Source: Camelus dromedarius
Lineage: Eukaryota
Assembly (NCBI RefSeq): GCF_036321535.1
Contig: NC_087468.1
Coordinates: 15,810,001-15,874,000, forward strand
Direction: 5' to 3'
Length of the DNA stretch: 64,000 bases
Of this stretch, positions 1 through 13,349 are shown in pieces (position 1 is the first letter of the stretch; the number at the start of each line of letters is the position of its first letter). A program made the translations under genes and the position numbers. The notes below the pieces were generated by a model. That model searched no databases, had not been told where the DNA came from, and saw only the letters and a program-made list of their open reading frames with translations.

Positions 1-1490
1 CATCCTTTTTAAAAAATTTATTTTAATTGAACTTTTTAAACTCATTTAATTGTAAATTCACAGGTACTTGTAAGAAATCATACAGACAGATCTCTGTGTA
101 CCCTTTATCCAGCGTCTCCCCAGTGGTAACATCTTGCAGAACTGTAATAAGCAGTGTCACACAACCAGTATATTGTCATCGATACAGGCAAGATAACGAA
201 TGTCTCCATCGCTACGGGGATCCCTCATCTTGCCCTTTTATAGCTGCACCCACCCCCACTCCCTTCTTAATCCTTGGCAACTAGTAATCCTCCATTTATA
301 AAATTGTTTCATGTCAGGAGTGCTGTGTAAATGGAGTCATGTAGTGTGTGGCCTTTGGGACTGGCTGTTTGTACTTGGTGTAATTCTCTGGAGACTCGTC
401 GGGTTGTCACGTCGGCAGGTCACTCCTTTGTGCCGCTGAGTAGTATTTCAGGGTGCGCGTGCACTGCAGTTTGTTTAACCAGTCACCTGTTGAAAGATAC
501 TGGGATTATTTCCAGTCCGGGGCTTTGACGAGCGAGGCTGCTATAAACATTTGCACACGGATTTTTACGCGGCACAAGCCTTCATCTGTCTGGGATGCCT
601 GCCCAGGAGTGCAGTCGCTGGGGGTGTGATAGTTGCATGTTGTTTTAAGAAACCACCAAATTGCTGTGCACGGTGGCTGGACCATTCTACATCTCCGTCA
701 CCAGCGTAGCTGTGATCCAGCTTCTCCATGTCCTTGCCAGCATTGGCCACTGTTTTTTTATCGTAGCCATTCTGATGAGGGTTCAGTGACGTCTCGTCGT
801 GGGTGTAATTTACACCCCCTTAACGGCTCATGTTTTCAGGTGCCGGTGTGCCGTCCGTGTGTCTTCTTCCGTGAAGTGTTTCTTTGTGTTTTTGCCCGTG
901 GCCTAATCGGATTATTTGCATTTTTACTGTTGAGTTTTGAGAGTTGTTTGTACATTCTAGATGCTAATACCTTGTTGGATGCGTGGCTCACAAATATCTT
1001 CTCCCGTCTGTAGCTTGCTTTCTCGTGCTCTTAACAGGATGTTTCAGGGAGCAAAGTTTTTTGTTTTCATGAAATTTTTTTTCTTTTGTGGAATATGCTT
1101 TGACCTCAAGTCTAGTAACTCTTTGCCTAGCCTGAAATGCCCATTTTTCTTCCTGAGCATTTTATAGTTTTACATTTAAATCCCATGATCCAATTTCAGT
1201 GAAGTTTTCTAGGTGTGAGACTTAGATCAAAGTTCTTTTTCGTCTCCATGTGTTCAGCTGCTTCAGCACCATTGGTTGAAAAGATCATATTTTTTTTCCA
1301 TTGAGTTGCTTTTGCATTTTTGGGTCATCAATCAGTTGGCACATTTGTGTTGGTCTGCTCTGGGTTTCGCCAATACCACACAATCTCAGTAACTATAATT
1401 ATGTAATGAGTCTTGAAGTTGGGTAGATTGCTTCCTTGTACTTCATTTTTAAAAAATTTTTTTAGCTTTTCTAGTCCCTTTACGTTTTAC
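1..1490 (-). mobile_element. Ancient L1 (L1M-type) 3' UTR/ORF2 end in SUCLG1 intron
   Basis: Antisense L1 hallmarks such as gctgctataaacatt, tagccattctg, agttttgagagttgtttgtacattctagat. Confidence 0.85.
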
Positions 1491-2823
1491 TTTTAGTTGT
1501 ACTTAGCAGGAAGAATAGAGGAGAACACCTCCGCTTTTTGGAGGCAGAAGTGCCCTGACAACAGATGTTTTTAAGTCTCTTTTACTATAAATACTTTAAG
1601 GATGGCAGGAGCAATCTACCCTAAAACCATTCATTTCATTATTTAAGTGTATGCAGTTTGCATTTATATAAATTATATATCATTTATGTAATTAGATGAA
1701 AGCCCCTTAAAAGAATAACATCCTAGTGTTACTATTTACTGATTATTATGCTGATCCATCAAAAGACTAGAATAAATAAAACAGCTGTTCTTCCCAGTAA
1801 TCCAGGGTACTAAGTGAACAGTGGGAACATAGTTCTACCCTGAGACTCACATAGGCGTGTGAAGGAGACCAGGACATTGCCCACGAAGGCGCACAGCTGA
1901 AGTACTGGGTGTCCTTTGCTTGAAAGCTAAATGCACCAAATACGTGTGTACATAGGCATTGCCTGCCCAGCCTTGTCAGTTATGGCAAGTCCCACGGAGG
2001 AGGGGCCGCGTGAGGGAGAGAGGATGCGAATAGAAGGTTCCGAGAACAGGGGGAAACTGACGAGTGAGACAGATGCGGCTGGTGTTCGTGGTTGTGTTTG
2101 TCGTGAAACGGGGGCCAGCTGCTGAAGGGCCTCAGACTTTTGAAATTCGATTTTAAGAATATGGTTGTGCTCCACTGATTTTCAGTTCTGACCCATTTGG
2201 TAGATACTTGTTGAGCTCTTTCTGTGCCTGAATGGTGCTCAATCCTGGGAACGCAGGGCCGGGGAAAACAGTCTTGTTTACTGACCCCCTGGGCGTTCCA
2301 GTCCAGCAGGAAAGACAGTCCCTGCAGTTTCCAGCACCAGCGGCAGCCTCTTGCTGAGCCACTGCAGGAGAACAGGGCTCTGACTTGAGGAATCAGTGTG
2401 TGGTCAGCAGACAGCAAGCCCGGCTGTGAACTTATTTTCCTAAACCCGGGTTATTAGCCGCAGATTAATCCTTGAACTTTATGCCATCTTTTTTCCTTAT
2501 GGACGTTTTGATACATGCGTTGTTCCATTTTACTGTGTGTCAGCAGTAGACGGTCATTTTATGTAGACGACTTTAGGTCTTAAAACTGCTTTTATAGTCA
2601 TGAAACAGCCTAACAATAATATACTTTCTTCTATATCTCCTTTTAAAACCGCCCTGCTGTAATTGAAGCCTTCCCTTCTTATTTCCTCACCTGGTGACAT
2701 TGTTTATTTGGATGACAGGTTGTGGGACTGGCAGCACGTGTACTTGTGTCTGTAATTTGTTTTACTATATGATAGTCTGTCGCATAAACACAGTCTCAAT
2801 GTTTTGGGATTCTCTTTCTTTAA

Positions 2824-3030
<207 letters not shown>

Positions 3031-3699
3031 TGATCTTGAATTTAATTTGCTTAAAAGCGAAGCTTATTGTTAAATTTTCAAGATTCATGGTCCAAGATTT
3101 GACTTCCGCCTGGCGGAACAATCGTGCTGGGACGTGTGGCCCCTGGAGAGCCTCGGTGCCTGAGAACGGCGCTAACTTTGCTCGCTGTGAAGAAGTGGTC
3201 CTTCGTCATGGGGCTTGCCGCGCTGTAATTAGCATTTTGCTATTACCAGCTGCCATCCAGGGCTTCAGAGTTGCTAGATTCTTCACTGTTTATCATCTCC
3301 CTCCTAAGGCCGCCCTGTGAGGCACCGCTGTGCTGGGATTTGGTGCTGGAACCAAGCTTCACTGGCAAGAAAATCTAGGTGGAGGAGGTTTGAGGTCCTC
3401 AGAACCTCTCTCTTTGCCGCATCATACTGCCTCCCACTTAAAAACATAAAAAAGTTTTTACATTTTAAAACGATTTTGGTATTTGTTGCCAAAAGCCAGG
3501 CAAATTTCTCATTTTTAGAAATATACCTTCAAATCTTTAGAATATTTTAAAAAAGATTTTCAAAGGCAGCTTTTTATAGTTAAAAAAATGTAAAATATAG
3601 CCCTGGCATATTTTTATTAAGACTCAAATTCGTAAAATCAGTGTTAAACATTAATTGTGCTTTTCTGTGTGCGAAAGTCCAGCCATAGACACAAGGTGA

Positions 3700-3835
3700 C
3701 TTAGTGTGACAGAGAATGAGAAAGGACTTTGAGACAGGGGTGCCAATTCCATCTTCTCTAGCCTCTGGTTTTAATTTGTACATTGAGAGTAATAATTTCT
3801 GTCTCACAGAGAGTTTGGGAGGGTTAGGAGGTGGC
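3700..3835 (+). mobile_element. MIR fragment
   Basis: Degenerate similarity to the MIR core (ggactttgagacag...aataatttctgtctcacagagagtttgggagg). Confidence 0.4.
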
Positions 3836-4436
3836 AGGTGTGACTTGTGCTGAGGCGCAGAGCTGGCCAAGTGGCTGGCATGTGGCACCTGCTGCTTCTC
3901 TCCTGCAAGATCACTCTTCAGAGATGCATCGAAAGGTGGGAGACCAGTGCTGCCTTCAGTGAGTTTATAACTTAAAAATGTGAAAAGGAGGCAGCCAGCC
4001 TGTGGGGAACATTGACTTGAACCCTGTCCAAGTGCTAGTGCTTAAACACCGTGTGCTTGGAGTGGAGCCCTGTGTGTGCTGTCTGTCATCAGCCCCTCTG
4101 GGTCTAAGGGAAGAAGGAAGAGAGGTCGGGACACCCCCGTCCCTCACTAGGACTTGTGTCCCAGCTTGTGAGTGGTTCCTCTGCAGTGTGCCTCCTCAAA
4201 GAGTTATTTTGTGCAGAGAAATTCCTTACCTGTTTAATCAGAGATGATATTCTCACAAACACACATTTTCTTAAAATGCTCATTTTTAAAGAGCCATCTG
4301 GGAATAATTCTGTGGGAGGGAAGAGTCTCGATAAAGGGCTAACCCAGAAATAGGGCTGTCTTTGTGAGTATCAGGGACCAGCCACCATTTAGCATTCGTG
4401 TAATAGCATCAGCAGAAATAAACGTAGCATTTATGA

Positions 4437-5400
<964 letters not shown>

Positions 5401-5513
5401 ATGGGAGTAAAATGTTGTTGGAGTCTCTTGAATCCAGAGAAGTTGTGAAGTTTAAGATTTAAGTGAAATCTGACTTCTTTTTAGAAAAAAGCAATTTAGG
5501 TTAACAGACATTA

Positions 5514-5862
5514 TAGTCGTCCCTTGACATCCACAGGGGCTTGGTCCCTGTTCCCCTGGGGACACTGAAATCCATGATGCTCAAGTCCCATATATATTAC
5601 GGCGTAGTATTTGCATGTAACCTACACATACCCTCCTGTATATTTTAAATCCTCTCTAGATTACTTCTGATACCTAATACGATGTAAATGCCGTGTAAAT
5701 AGTCGTAAAGACAAAGTGAATAGTATCTAAATAGTTACCAGCGTGGCAAATTTAAAGTTCTGCTCTCTGGAACTTTCTGGGATATCCCCCCCCCCCAATA
5801 TTGTCTGTCTGCACTTGGTTGAACTGTTGGATGCGAACCCTGTGGATACAGAGAGCCGGCTG
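5514..5862 (+). mobile_element. MER2 (TcMar-Tigger non-autonomous DNA transposon), full length
   Basis: MER2-like body (gatgctcaagtccc, tagtatttgcatgtaacctacaca, tctagattactt). Imperfect TIRs sharing atccacaggg. TA on both sides (5512-5513, 5863-5864). Confidence 0.85.
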
Positions 5863-6049
5863 TACACTGTGCTAAAGTAAACTCAAAAATGTTCTTAGGC
5901 CCAACTCTGAGTCCCTTGAATAGCTTTGAATTTAGTGGGAAAAACTAAGCTTTACATTTGGTTTCATTTGGCACGTTTTCCTGTTCCTGGTTGGTCCTTA
6001 CGGAGCTGAGTTTTACTGAGGACCTACAGTGTATGAGGGTCTAGGCTGA

Positions 6050-6290
6050 ACAGCTCAGATGACAGGTGATTAAAATGCTTGTCAGCACAGTAGCTGGCAC
6101 CCAGTGACCCCTCAGTGATGCTGCCTGCGGCTACAGCTAATGTTCTCATCATTCTAATAATGACACGGATTATTTACAAGAGTAGTGTTGCTTCATCTTT
6201 TCATCCTGACCCTCTGAGTAGAGGTTTTTGTCCTTTTATGAGTGAGGAAACCGGCCCAGGGAGGTTGACAAGTTGCCAGTGGTAGGTACA
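6050..6290. mobile_element. MIR fragments
   Basis: aatgcttgtcagcacagtagctggcac and gagtgaggaaaccggcccagggaggtt resemble MIR pieces. Confidence 0.4.
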
Positions 6291-6361
6291 CAGCAAATGA
6301 ACCAGGGGCGACATTCCCACCCTGGTCTTGCCTGACTTCTTCATGACGCCATGGCGGGGGG

Positions 6362-6539
6362 CAGAAGCCAGGCTGCCGGGGGCCAGGGGTCAGCAGTCCT
6401 GGGCACACCGTGGGCGGAGGGGATGCAGGAGCCAGGCTGCCGGGGGCAGAGGTTTCGCAGTCCTGGGCGCACCGTGCCGTGGGCAGGTCAGGAGCCAGGC
6501 TGCAGGGGGCAGGGGCAGGGGTCAGCAGTCCTGGGCATC
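6362..6539 (+). repeat. Degenerate tandem repeat, ~64-bp unit x3
   Basis: caggagccaggctgc...gcagtcctgggc recurs at 6362, 6426 and 6489. Confidence 0.85.
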
Positions 6540-6939
6540 TGCTCAGACAGTGCTCATGTCATCCCACCTTGTCTTTCTGTTTCCAGGTTTTCACGCTTCT
6601 CATTTCTGTGTCCTGTCCTCAGACTAGACTTCCTCTTAGTCTTTTTAATCGTATTTTTCTCTCCTTAAAAAATCTCAAGTGACTCTTCTTTGTCAGTAGG
6701 ACAGAATGCACATTTGCTTGGCCTTCCAGGTTCGTCATCATCTTGTTTCTCTCTAGTATGACGTCCTAGTACGTGAGCAAGGGGATGGAGGGGCCGGTTG
6801 GGAATGGGCGCCGCTCACGTATCAGGGGCTCACATCCTTGCAGAGCCCGCAAATGAATAGATGTATGACTTACGAGTCTTTTCTTCTTAATTCTCTACTG
6901 AATTAAGACGCTGGGCATAGAGAAATAAGTGAAAACAGC

Positions 6940-7230
6940 CCTTGCGTTCCGGGATTGAGAGTTTAGGAGGCGAGCGCATGGGGGATGGGTTACAGCCAGC
7001 GTACTGAGGGTGACAGTAGAGACATGTTGGAGGCCCGGCGGGGTTGCTGAACAGGGGACGGGCAGCTGTAAGGGCACCTGTGGAGGGTGTGGGGGGAAGA
7101 GTCAGAAAGATTAGTGGGGAAGAAGAGGCTTGAGCCAGGTTTTAAAAGTTACGTGAGAATTGGCCAGGTACCCCAGGAGGATGGAGAGTGCTCTTGGAAG
7201 AGGCTGAGAGGCGGAGCTGGAAGTTAAGGA
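6940..7230 (-). mobile_element. L2 fragment
   Basis: ggcttgagccaggttttaaaagttacgtgagaattggccagg resembles antisense L2. Confidence 0.45.
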
Positions 7231-7233
7231 GCA

Positions 7234-7491
7234 GAGCCGGCTGGGGGGAGCCAAGCTGGAGGTGGGAGCCGAGCTGGATGGGGGGAGCCGAGCTGGAGGG
7301 GGGGAGCCGAGCCTAGCAGAGCTGGGGGGGGGAGCCGAGCTGGAGGAGGGGAGCCGAGCTGGAGGGGGGAGCCGAGCTGGATGGGGGGAGCCGAGCTGGA
7401 GGGGGGAGCCGAGCTGGAGGGGGGAGCCGAGCTGGATGGGGGGAGCCGAGCTGGAGGGGGGAGCCGAGCTGGAGGGGGGAGCCGAGCTGGA
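7234..7491 (+). repeat. G-rich minisatellite, unit GGGGGGAGCCGAGCTGGA (18-19 bp), about 13-14 copies
   Basis: Directly visible tandem array, with variant units carrying an extra T and one internal interruption. Confidence 0.95.
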
Positions 7492-8516
7492 GCAGTCAGA
7501 GCCTGGCAGCTGGGCGCCTCAGTGCAGCCGGTTAGTGGGAGCCGACTGCCAGTGAACAGTCACTGCTGTGTGCTTCACTTTAAAAAGATAAAAGCCGATT
7601 TTATTTAAGAGTATCCTTCATGAAGCAGTAAAAATTATTAATTTTATTAAGTCTGATCCTTGAGTCAGTATTTCGTGATGAAATGGGCAGTAAAGCACTC
7701 TCCCAGTTGAGTGGTGAGCGGAACTAGCTGCCGTTTTTTTTTTTTGGTGGAACACCACTTTAACTTGACTGAACGACTGCCAGGAAACTGTTTATTGAGA
7801 CCTGGGCACCTGCAAAATGAGAGTCTGCCACATCAAGGAGAACAGCGCGTGGTATTTGTTGACAGTGACAGAGTCTGAGCTTTCCAGTGAATACTTTTGG
7901 AAAACTTGTTTCAACCACCATGAATTTGACCACGTCCCCCTACTAAAGACTTTTCTAGTGAGACTGGTGGTGACACTGAAGGATGATTTGCAGATGCTGA
8001 ATGGTGAAGAGTGTCAGCGTCTGGAAGATCTGCGTAACTCAGTGAACCTGCATTTTCCCTCTGAGCCATGAGTATTGCAGAATCATTATGGGTAGAAGAT
8101 CCAAAGTGTATGACATATCAGTGGATTTTAAAGTATGAAAGTATGGTTTCAGATCCCAGCACTGCATCTGACCTTAAAGAAATGCCCACTTGGAGAGGCT
8201 CGTGCAGTGTCAGAGAAGAATAGCCAGTTACCTGACAGACACGAAAATGCTTCGCTCTTTTCCAGCTGCGTGTGTGTGTGTGGGGCTGGATTTTCTTGTA
8301 TTTCAGCCAATAAGATATTGCAGTAGTTTGAATAAGAGCAGCTATCAGAATCCATTACCTTTTATGAAATTAGACATTCAGGAGTTGCAAAAATGTAAAA
8401 TAATTTGTGCTGGTTTTCTTAGTGAGGCTGAGTGATGGGTCTAAGCCATTTGTCATTTCCTGGAAGTCATGAATTGGAGGTCCAGTTTCCATCCATTTCT
8501 TCATCAGAGTGTTTAA

Positions 8517-8762
<246 letters not shown>

Positions 8763-9719
8763 TGAGAGTGGGCCGCCGCCCTGGCGCCTGGACACTGTGG
8801 TCTTTTCCTCTGGGTCTTAGCTGTTTGTTTCTGGTGTCTGGCAGCTCCACGGATGTCCTCGTGTCCTAATTGGGCATGACCAGGAATAACGTTCTGATTC
8901 CAAAACTTCATTCATTAAACATCTTAAGTTGCTTTTTTGTGAGGAGTGAGGTGTGATGTAAAAGAAAGTGTTTCGGAGCGCAGCAGTACCGTGAGTTCCA
9001 TTTTGGGCGCAGTGCGGAGAATTGCCTCATGTTTCATCTTTCCCACGGAGGGCCTCTGAGATGTAGCGACGCTGGTTCCACAGGTTTTCCCAGGGAGAGA
9101 GACTGAAGGCTGACCAGCAAGAAGTGAAAACTGGATGAAGAGGGAGTCGGGATGGGGGCAGATCTAATGAATAGGGTGGGGTGTTCAGTCTTTGCTTTCT
9201 GGCCTTTGCTGTGGCGGGAAGCCATTATTATTTTTACAGGTAGAGGGTCGACTTCGTCACCATTTGCCTCGCTTTTCTCTTTTTTAAATATGATATCGTG
9301 ATTTAAATGCTCACAGTGATTTGGCGTCTTCCATAATCATTTTGCAGTGATTTTTAGCCTGTATCTTTGAGCGGTCATTTAAGGCTGCCTCTTTCTTTAT
9401 TTTTATAGTGATTATAGTCTTTACAAAAAAAAACAAGCAAAAAATAAAACCTTGTACACATGTTAAAAACAGGCCCAAATTGTCTTCCCAGAAGGGGGCC
9501 ATGTTTCAGCACAATCTTTGCCCTTTGCCTTGAATTCCTTGTTGTACTGAATCTTTGCATGATCCTGCCTTTTGGAATAAGACACAGTGCGCCAGAGTGT
9601 TTAAAAGAAATCTGGGTAGTTAGAGAGTGTGTGAAGAAGAATTTTATTAAAAAAATGGGAAGTAAGGAGAAAAAAAGCAAGCGCTTAAAATTCATGTCGG
9701 AGACATGTGTTACCATTTC

Positions 9720-9738
9720 TCTCCAGTAGGTGGCAGCA
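9720..9738 (+). promoter_or_regulatory. Candidate CTCF site in SUCLG1 last intron
   Basis: CCAGTAGGTGGCAGCA (9723-9738) matches the CCASYAGRKGGCRSYR core at every position. Motif evidence only. Confidence 0.55.
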
Positions 9739-10262
9739 GGCATCTACCCATTTGGCTGTATTCTAGTTGTTACAATTGACAGAAATGCGATTTTCAGTAT
9801 TGTTTCCTTTTCATATATTTCTGAGGTTCTTGACATTTTGTTTAAATCTGAACTGAATCAGTGTTTAGTTTTATTCTCTGAGAAACTAGACAAACCTGTT
9901 CCCGTTGCCTTATGGAAAGGGCTGGTGTGGTTCACATACAGTGTTGAATGTCTGGAGAACTCCTGACGATAACACTGCAGTAGAGAACTAAGTGCGGTTC
10001 ACAGCCGCTCAGCCGCTGCGCTTGGAGACGTACAGCTGACGCTCCGGGTCCAGCCCAGCGGACTTCGTACTGACCAGGCGTGTCCGACAGCTGCCGTTTT
10101 GTGTTCAGGCACCTGCACCCTGGTACATTTTACTTCTACAGTGTTTGGTTGCTCAAAGAATCCTGAAGATAAAAGGTTTCAGAAGCACTTTGCCCGTGAA
10201 TGTAATTTGGGTCTCTTATCTTTTTGTCCCCTCTCTCTTCTCCCTCTCTTCTGTTTCTGAAG

Positions 10263-10289
10263 GAGTTTGAAAAGAGGAAGATGCTATGA
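10263..10289 (+). CDS. SUCLG1: SUCLG1 terminal coding exon, EFEKRKML*
   Basis: Long pyrimidine tract, AG at 10261-10262, then GAG TTT GAA AAG AGG AAG ATG CTA TGA, the known SUCLG1 C-terminus. Confidence 0.96.
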   Translation, partial: EFEKRKML

Positions 10290-10505
10290 AAGAAAAACAA
10301 AAGAAACGTCCCCTAGAGCTATGGAATGAATCACTGTAGAAACGTGAGCCGGCAGCAGCTTGCCTGTTGTGCACGGACTGTCGGCCTGGGCCCCTGTCGC
10401 GGGCCCTTGGTACAGCGGGAAGCCAGAATGAGGCTTGGAGCGGCCCACGCTAAGATCTGCTCACGTCCAAATAACAGACAGCCAATAAACAAACCATTTG
10501 ATTTG
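10290..10505 (+). other. SUCLG1: SUCLG1 3' UTR (3' end approximate)
   Basis: Between the stop codon and the expected cleavage site ~15-20 nt after AATAAA. Confidence 0.8.
10484..10489 (+). terminator. SUCLG1: SUCLG1 polyadenylation signal AATAAA
   Basis: First canonical AATAAA after the stop, followed by U/GU-rich sequence (tttgatttg...ggttttgg). Confidence 0.85.
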
Positions 10506-10572
10506 AATATGGTTTTGGAGACTTTTTATGGTTCCCTTGTGGGGGAGGGGGAGCGGGAGAAACGGAGGGTGG

Positions 10573-10618
10573 GTGTGTATGTGTGTTTGTGTGTGCGTGC
10601 ACGCGTGTGTATGTGTGT
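10573..10618 (+). repeat. Imperfect (GT)n microsatellite
   Basis: gtgtgtatgtgtgtttgtgtgtgcgtgcacgcgtgtgtatgtgtgt. Confidence 0.85.
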
Positions 10619-10699
10619 TTTAATGGGCCCAGCAGAGAAAATTCTAACTGAGACTTTTGAGAGAATGAGTCTGTAAACATTTCAGTTTGGCGTCTGTCT

Positions 10700-10835
10700 A
10701 ATTACCTTGGGCACAGTGTGACCTTAGGTCCTTCTGAATCAGTTTCCTCACTTGTACGTAGAATAGTCCCCATCGTGTAGGGCAGTTTTTGGAGGATTAG
10801 AGGTGAGTACATAAAGCGTTTGGCCTGGGCCTAAT
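10700..10835 (+). mobile_element. MIR fragment
   Basis: gtgtgaccttagg...cagtttcctcacttgta...ggaggattagagg...aaagcgtttggcct. Confidence 0.65.
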
Positions 10836-11994
10836 CGTTGTCAGTGTCAGCATCACCCTCAAGGTCATCGCCATCGTCGTCTGGGTCACCGACAGGAGCT
10901 CGACATTCAGTTTTTGCTGAGTTGGGAAACGGAAGGCCTGCGATGACGCTTTGTTTCTCTGTGGTTCTGTGGAGAGCGCTCCCCTTCCCCGTCCAGAGCC
11001 TGCACTTCTTTGCTTGAGGTTTAAGACGATGAAGACAGTCGCTGCAAGGAAGCAGGAAGACTGTCAGCCATCCTCTTGTTTAAGAGGGAGCTTGTTAATG
11101 ACCAATTCCAGTGGGTAATTGTCACTGAACAAGGCAGGGGCTTCCATTCTGCAGAGGGACAGACGACAAGATACTCTCAGGTGTAGCTGCCCTGAAGGAA
11201 ACAGAGCATCAAAAACTAGTATTTGGAGAAACCCCTGAAGAAAGGCTGTCTGGGGAGGCCCTCCTGGGGAGGGGATGTGAGTGGGTGCCCGAGGGCTGGA
11301 AGGCACCATTCACGCAGAAAGGAGGGCGAGCACCCAGGCAGAGGCAGGGCGGGGGAAGAGCTCGTTTTGCAGAGGTGAAGGGACATTGGGGGCCTGGAGG
11401 GCAGTGACCCCTGGGAGTGGCTGGAGGAGGTTTCAGGGCGCTGGAGAACCAGGCGCTTTGGGAGCTGCCATGACCATGCCCAGGCTGCTGAGGGTCCAAG
11501 AGCAGGCGTCAGGAGATGGGTTCACAGCCCAAGGATTCTGCCTGGGCCAAGGGACATGGCTTTGGGTCAAGCAGACTTTAGTTACTGCTCATAGAATTTC
11601 TTTACCTTGAAAGTGGGGATCACGACCCCCGTCCCACGGGGTGCCTGGGGTAAATGTACATGATGGGTGTGTGAGCATGTGCTCTGCCAGGGCTGGGATT
11701 TCCCCATAAACGCTTGAACTTGCCTCCCGCTGGCGCTCAGGGTGGCCCAGCTGTCACGATGACGGGGCAGGAAGACACTGCCTGTCTTCCTGGTGGGCAC
11801 CTCCAACCCAAAGGTCCTATAGGGCAAACCCATCTTTCTTTTGTCTGAGTTGTGACAAGGACACAGTCCGGATGAGGGGCAGACATCCTTTGGAAGGTCC
11901 ATCCCTGATTCCAGGCCACTCCAGGAACATCCGTCCAAGACAACCCCTCTGTCCTCACACCTCTGTTCCTCAGCTAGGAAGCTCAGTGCCCCTT

Positions 11995-12145
11995 GACCCT
12001 TTTCTTTTCCTCTTCCCCCCTCCATCTTCTCTTTCCTGTTCCCTTTCATTTTCCCTCCCCTTCCCTCTCTCTCCTCCCCTCTCACTCCTCCCAGCATCTT
12101 GAGAAGCCACCCTCTCCTCCGGTCTCACCTCTCTCCCCTCCTATA
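11995..12145 (+). repeat. CT-rich low-complexity (polypyrimidine) tract
   Basis: About 150 bp that is almost entirely C/T. Confidence 0.8.
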
Positions 12146-12264
12146 ACCACTGCCACCTCTGGCCTGAGCAGCTCAAATGTATCTGAGCAGGCTATTTTGT
12201 TCTGGTTTTTCTGATTTCATTTTCATAAACAAAAAACGAAAGTTCAATCCATGACCCCGCTGCA

Positions 12265-12850
12265 TTTTAAAAACTTTTATTACAGACACTTTCATTTGCA
12301 AAATGATGATGAGAGTATAATGATCTCCCATGCATCCATTACCGGCTTTGAAAATTATCAACATTTTGCTGCTATTGTCTGATCTGTGCCTCCAATCCAT
12401 TTCTGCCAGTGTTTCAGTTGTTACAGTTGTTTTGTCGAGGTAAAATTTACATACGCTGAAATGCATAAATCTTCAGCTGTATTTGACAAATGGATGAAGC
12501 CATGTAACCACACCCTTTCAGAATATAGAATATTTCCTTCATCCCAGAAAGTTCCAGACTCTTCCCCCAAAAGATAACCTGTGTTTTTATTCATCTTAGA
12601 TTAGTTTTGTCCATTCTGGAAAATGTATATGAAGGGAATGAAATAGGATGCAGTCTCTGTGTCTGCCCTCTTTTCACTCAGCATAATTTCTGTGACGTTC
12701 ACCCATGTCCTTGCTTGTATCCAGTGGTTCATTGCACTGTTTGTACTGAGTTCTAGTCCATTGAATGCACATACCACCACGTGTTTATCCCTTCTCTGGT
12801 TGTTGGCCCTTTGAGTTTCCAGCGTTTGGCTGTGGTAGACAAAGCTGCTA
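12265..12850 (-). mobile_element. Old L1 (L1MB/L1ME-type) 3' end fragments
   Basis: gaggtaaaatttacatac, cttttcactcagcataatttctgtgacgttcacccatgt are typical antisense L1 3' UTR. Confidence 0.75.
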
Positions 12851-12854
12851 CGAT

Positions 12855-13097
12855 GACGACTCCACTCCACTGTTGCAAAGAGAAAGTAGCCAGAGACAGT
12901 TCTAAACAAGTCCACATGGCTGTGCGCCCTTCAGATTTGTCAGCTCGGAAATTTGAACGTCATATCAATTTCACGTGTCCCAAAATATTTTTTATTGTTT
13001 CCGACTCTTAAAAAATGTAAAAGCTATTCTTAGTTTGCACGCCTTACAAACACGGCAGGCTGGATTTGGCCCACGAGCCATCGGTTGCTGAACCCTG
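12855..13097 (+). mobile_element. MER58B-like hAT-Charlie element
   Basis: aaatttgaacgtcatatcaatttcacgtgtc and terminal ggatttggcccacgagccatcggttgctgaaccctg. Confidence 0.75.
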
Positions 13098-13349
13098 AGA
13101 TAAACCACGTGTGTTTTAATGTGTCCACCTCACCTGCCTAAGATGCATCTTCTTACAAGTTGAATCTGTCCTTTGCTTAAACCTAAATGCTTCCTCCTCC
13201 TTTTCCATGACATTTTTCAATCCCCCACCTGCCCCAACTCTCTCAGGGACTGTGCTGGCGTTTGACTTCCGGTAGCCTAAATTATCTGCACTTCTCATCC
13301 TGTTCAGCTGGGCTCCTTTTTCTCTTTTCCATCTTGTGCCTCCAAGCAG

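Noticed and set aside
7234-7608. Minisatellite as a CRISPR array or a GGAELE-repeat protein
   Set aside because: Units are head-to-tail with no unique spacers, the DNA is eukaryotic intron, and the 19-bp variants shift frame.
10259-10265. NAGNAG tandem acceptor (AAG GAG) at the last exon
   Set aside because: GAG is a very poor acceptor, so there is no reason to expect the Glu-skipping isoform.
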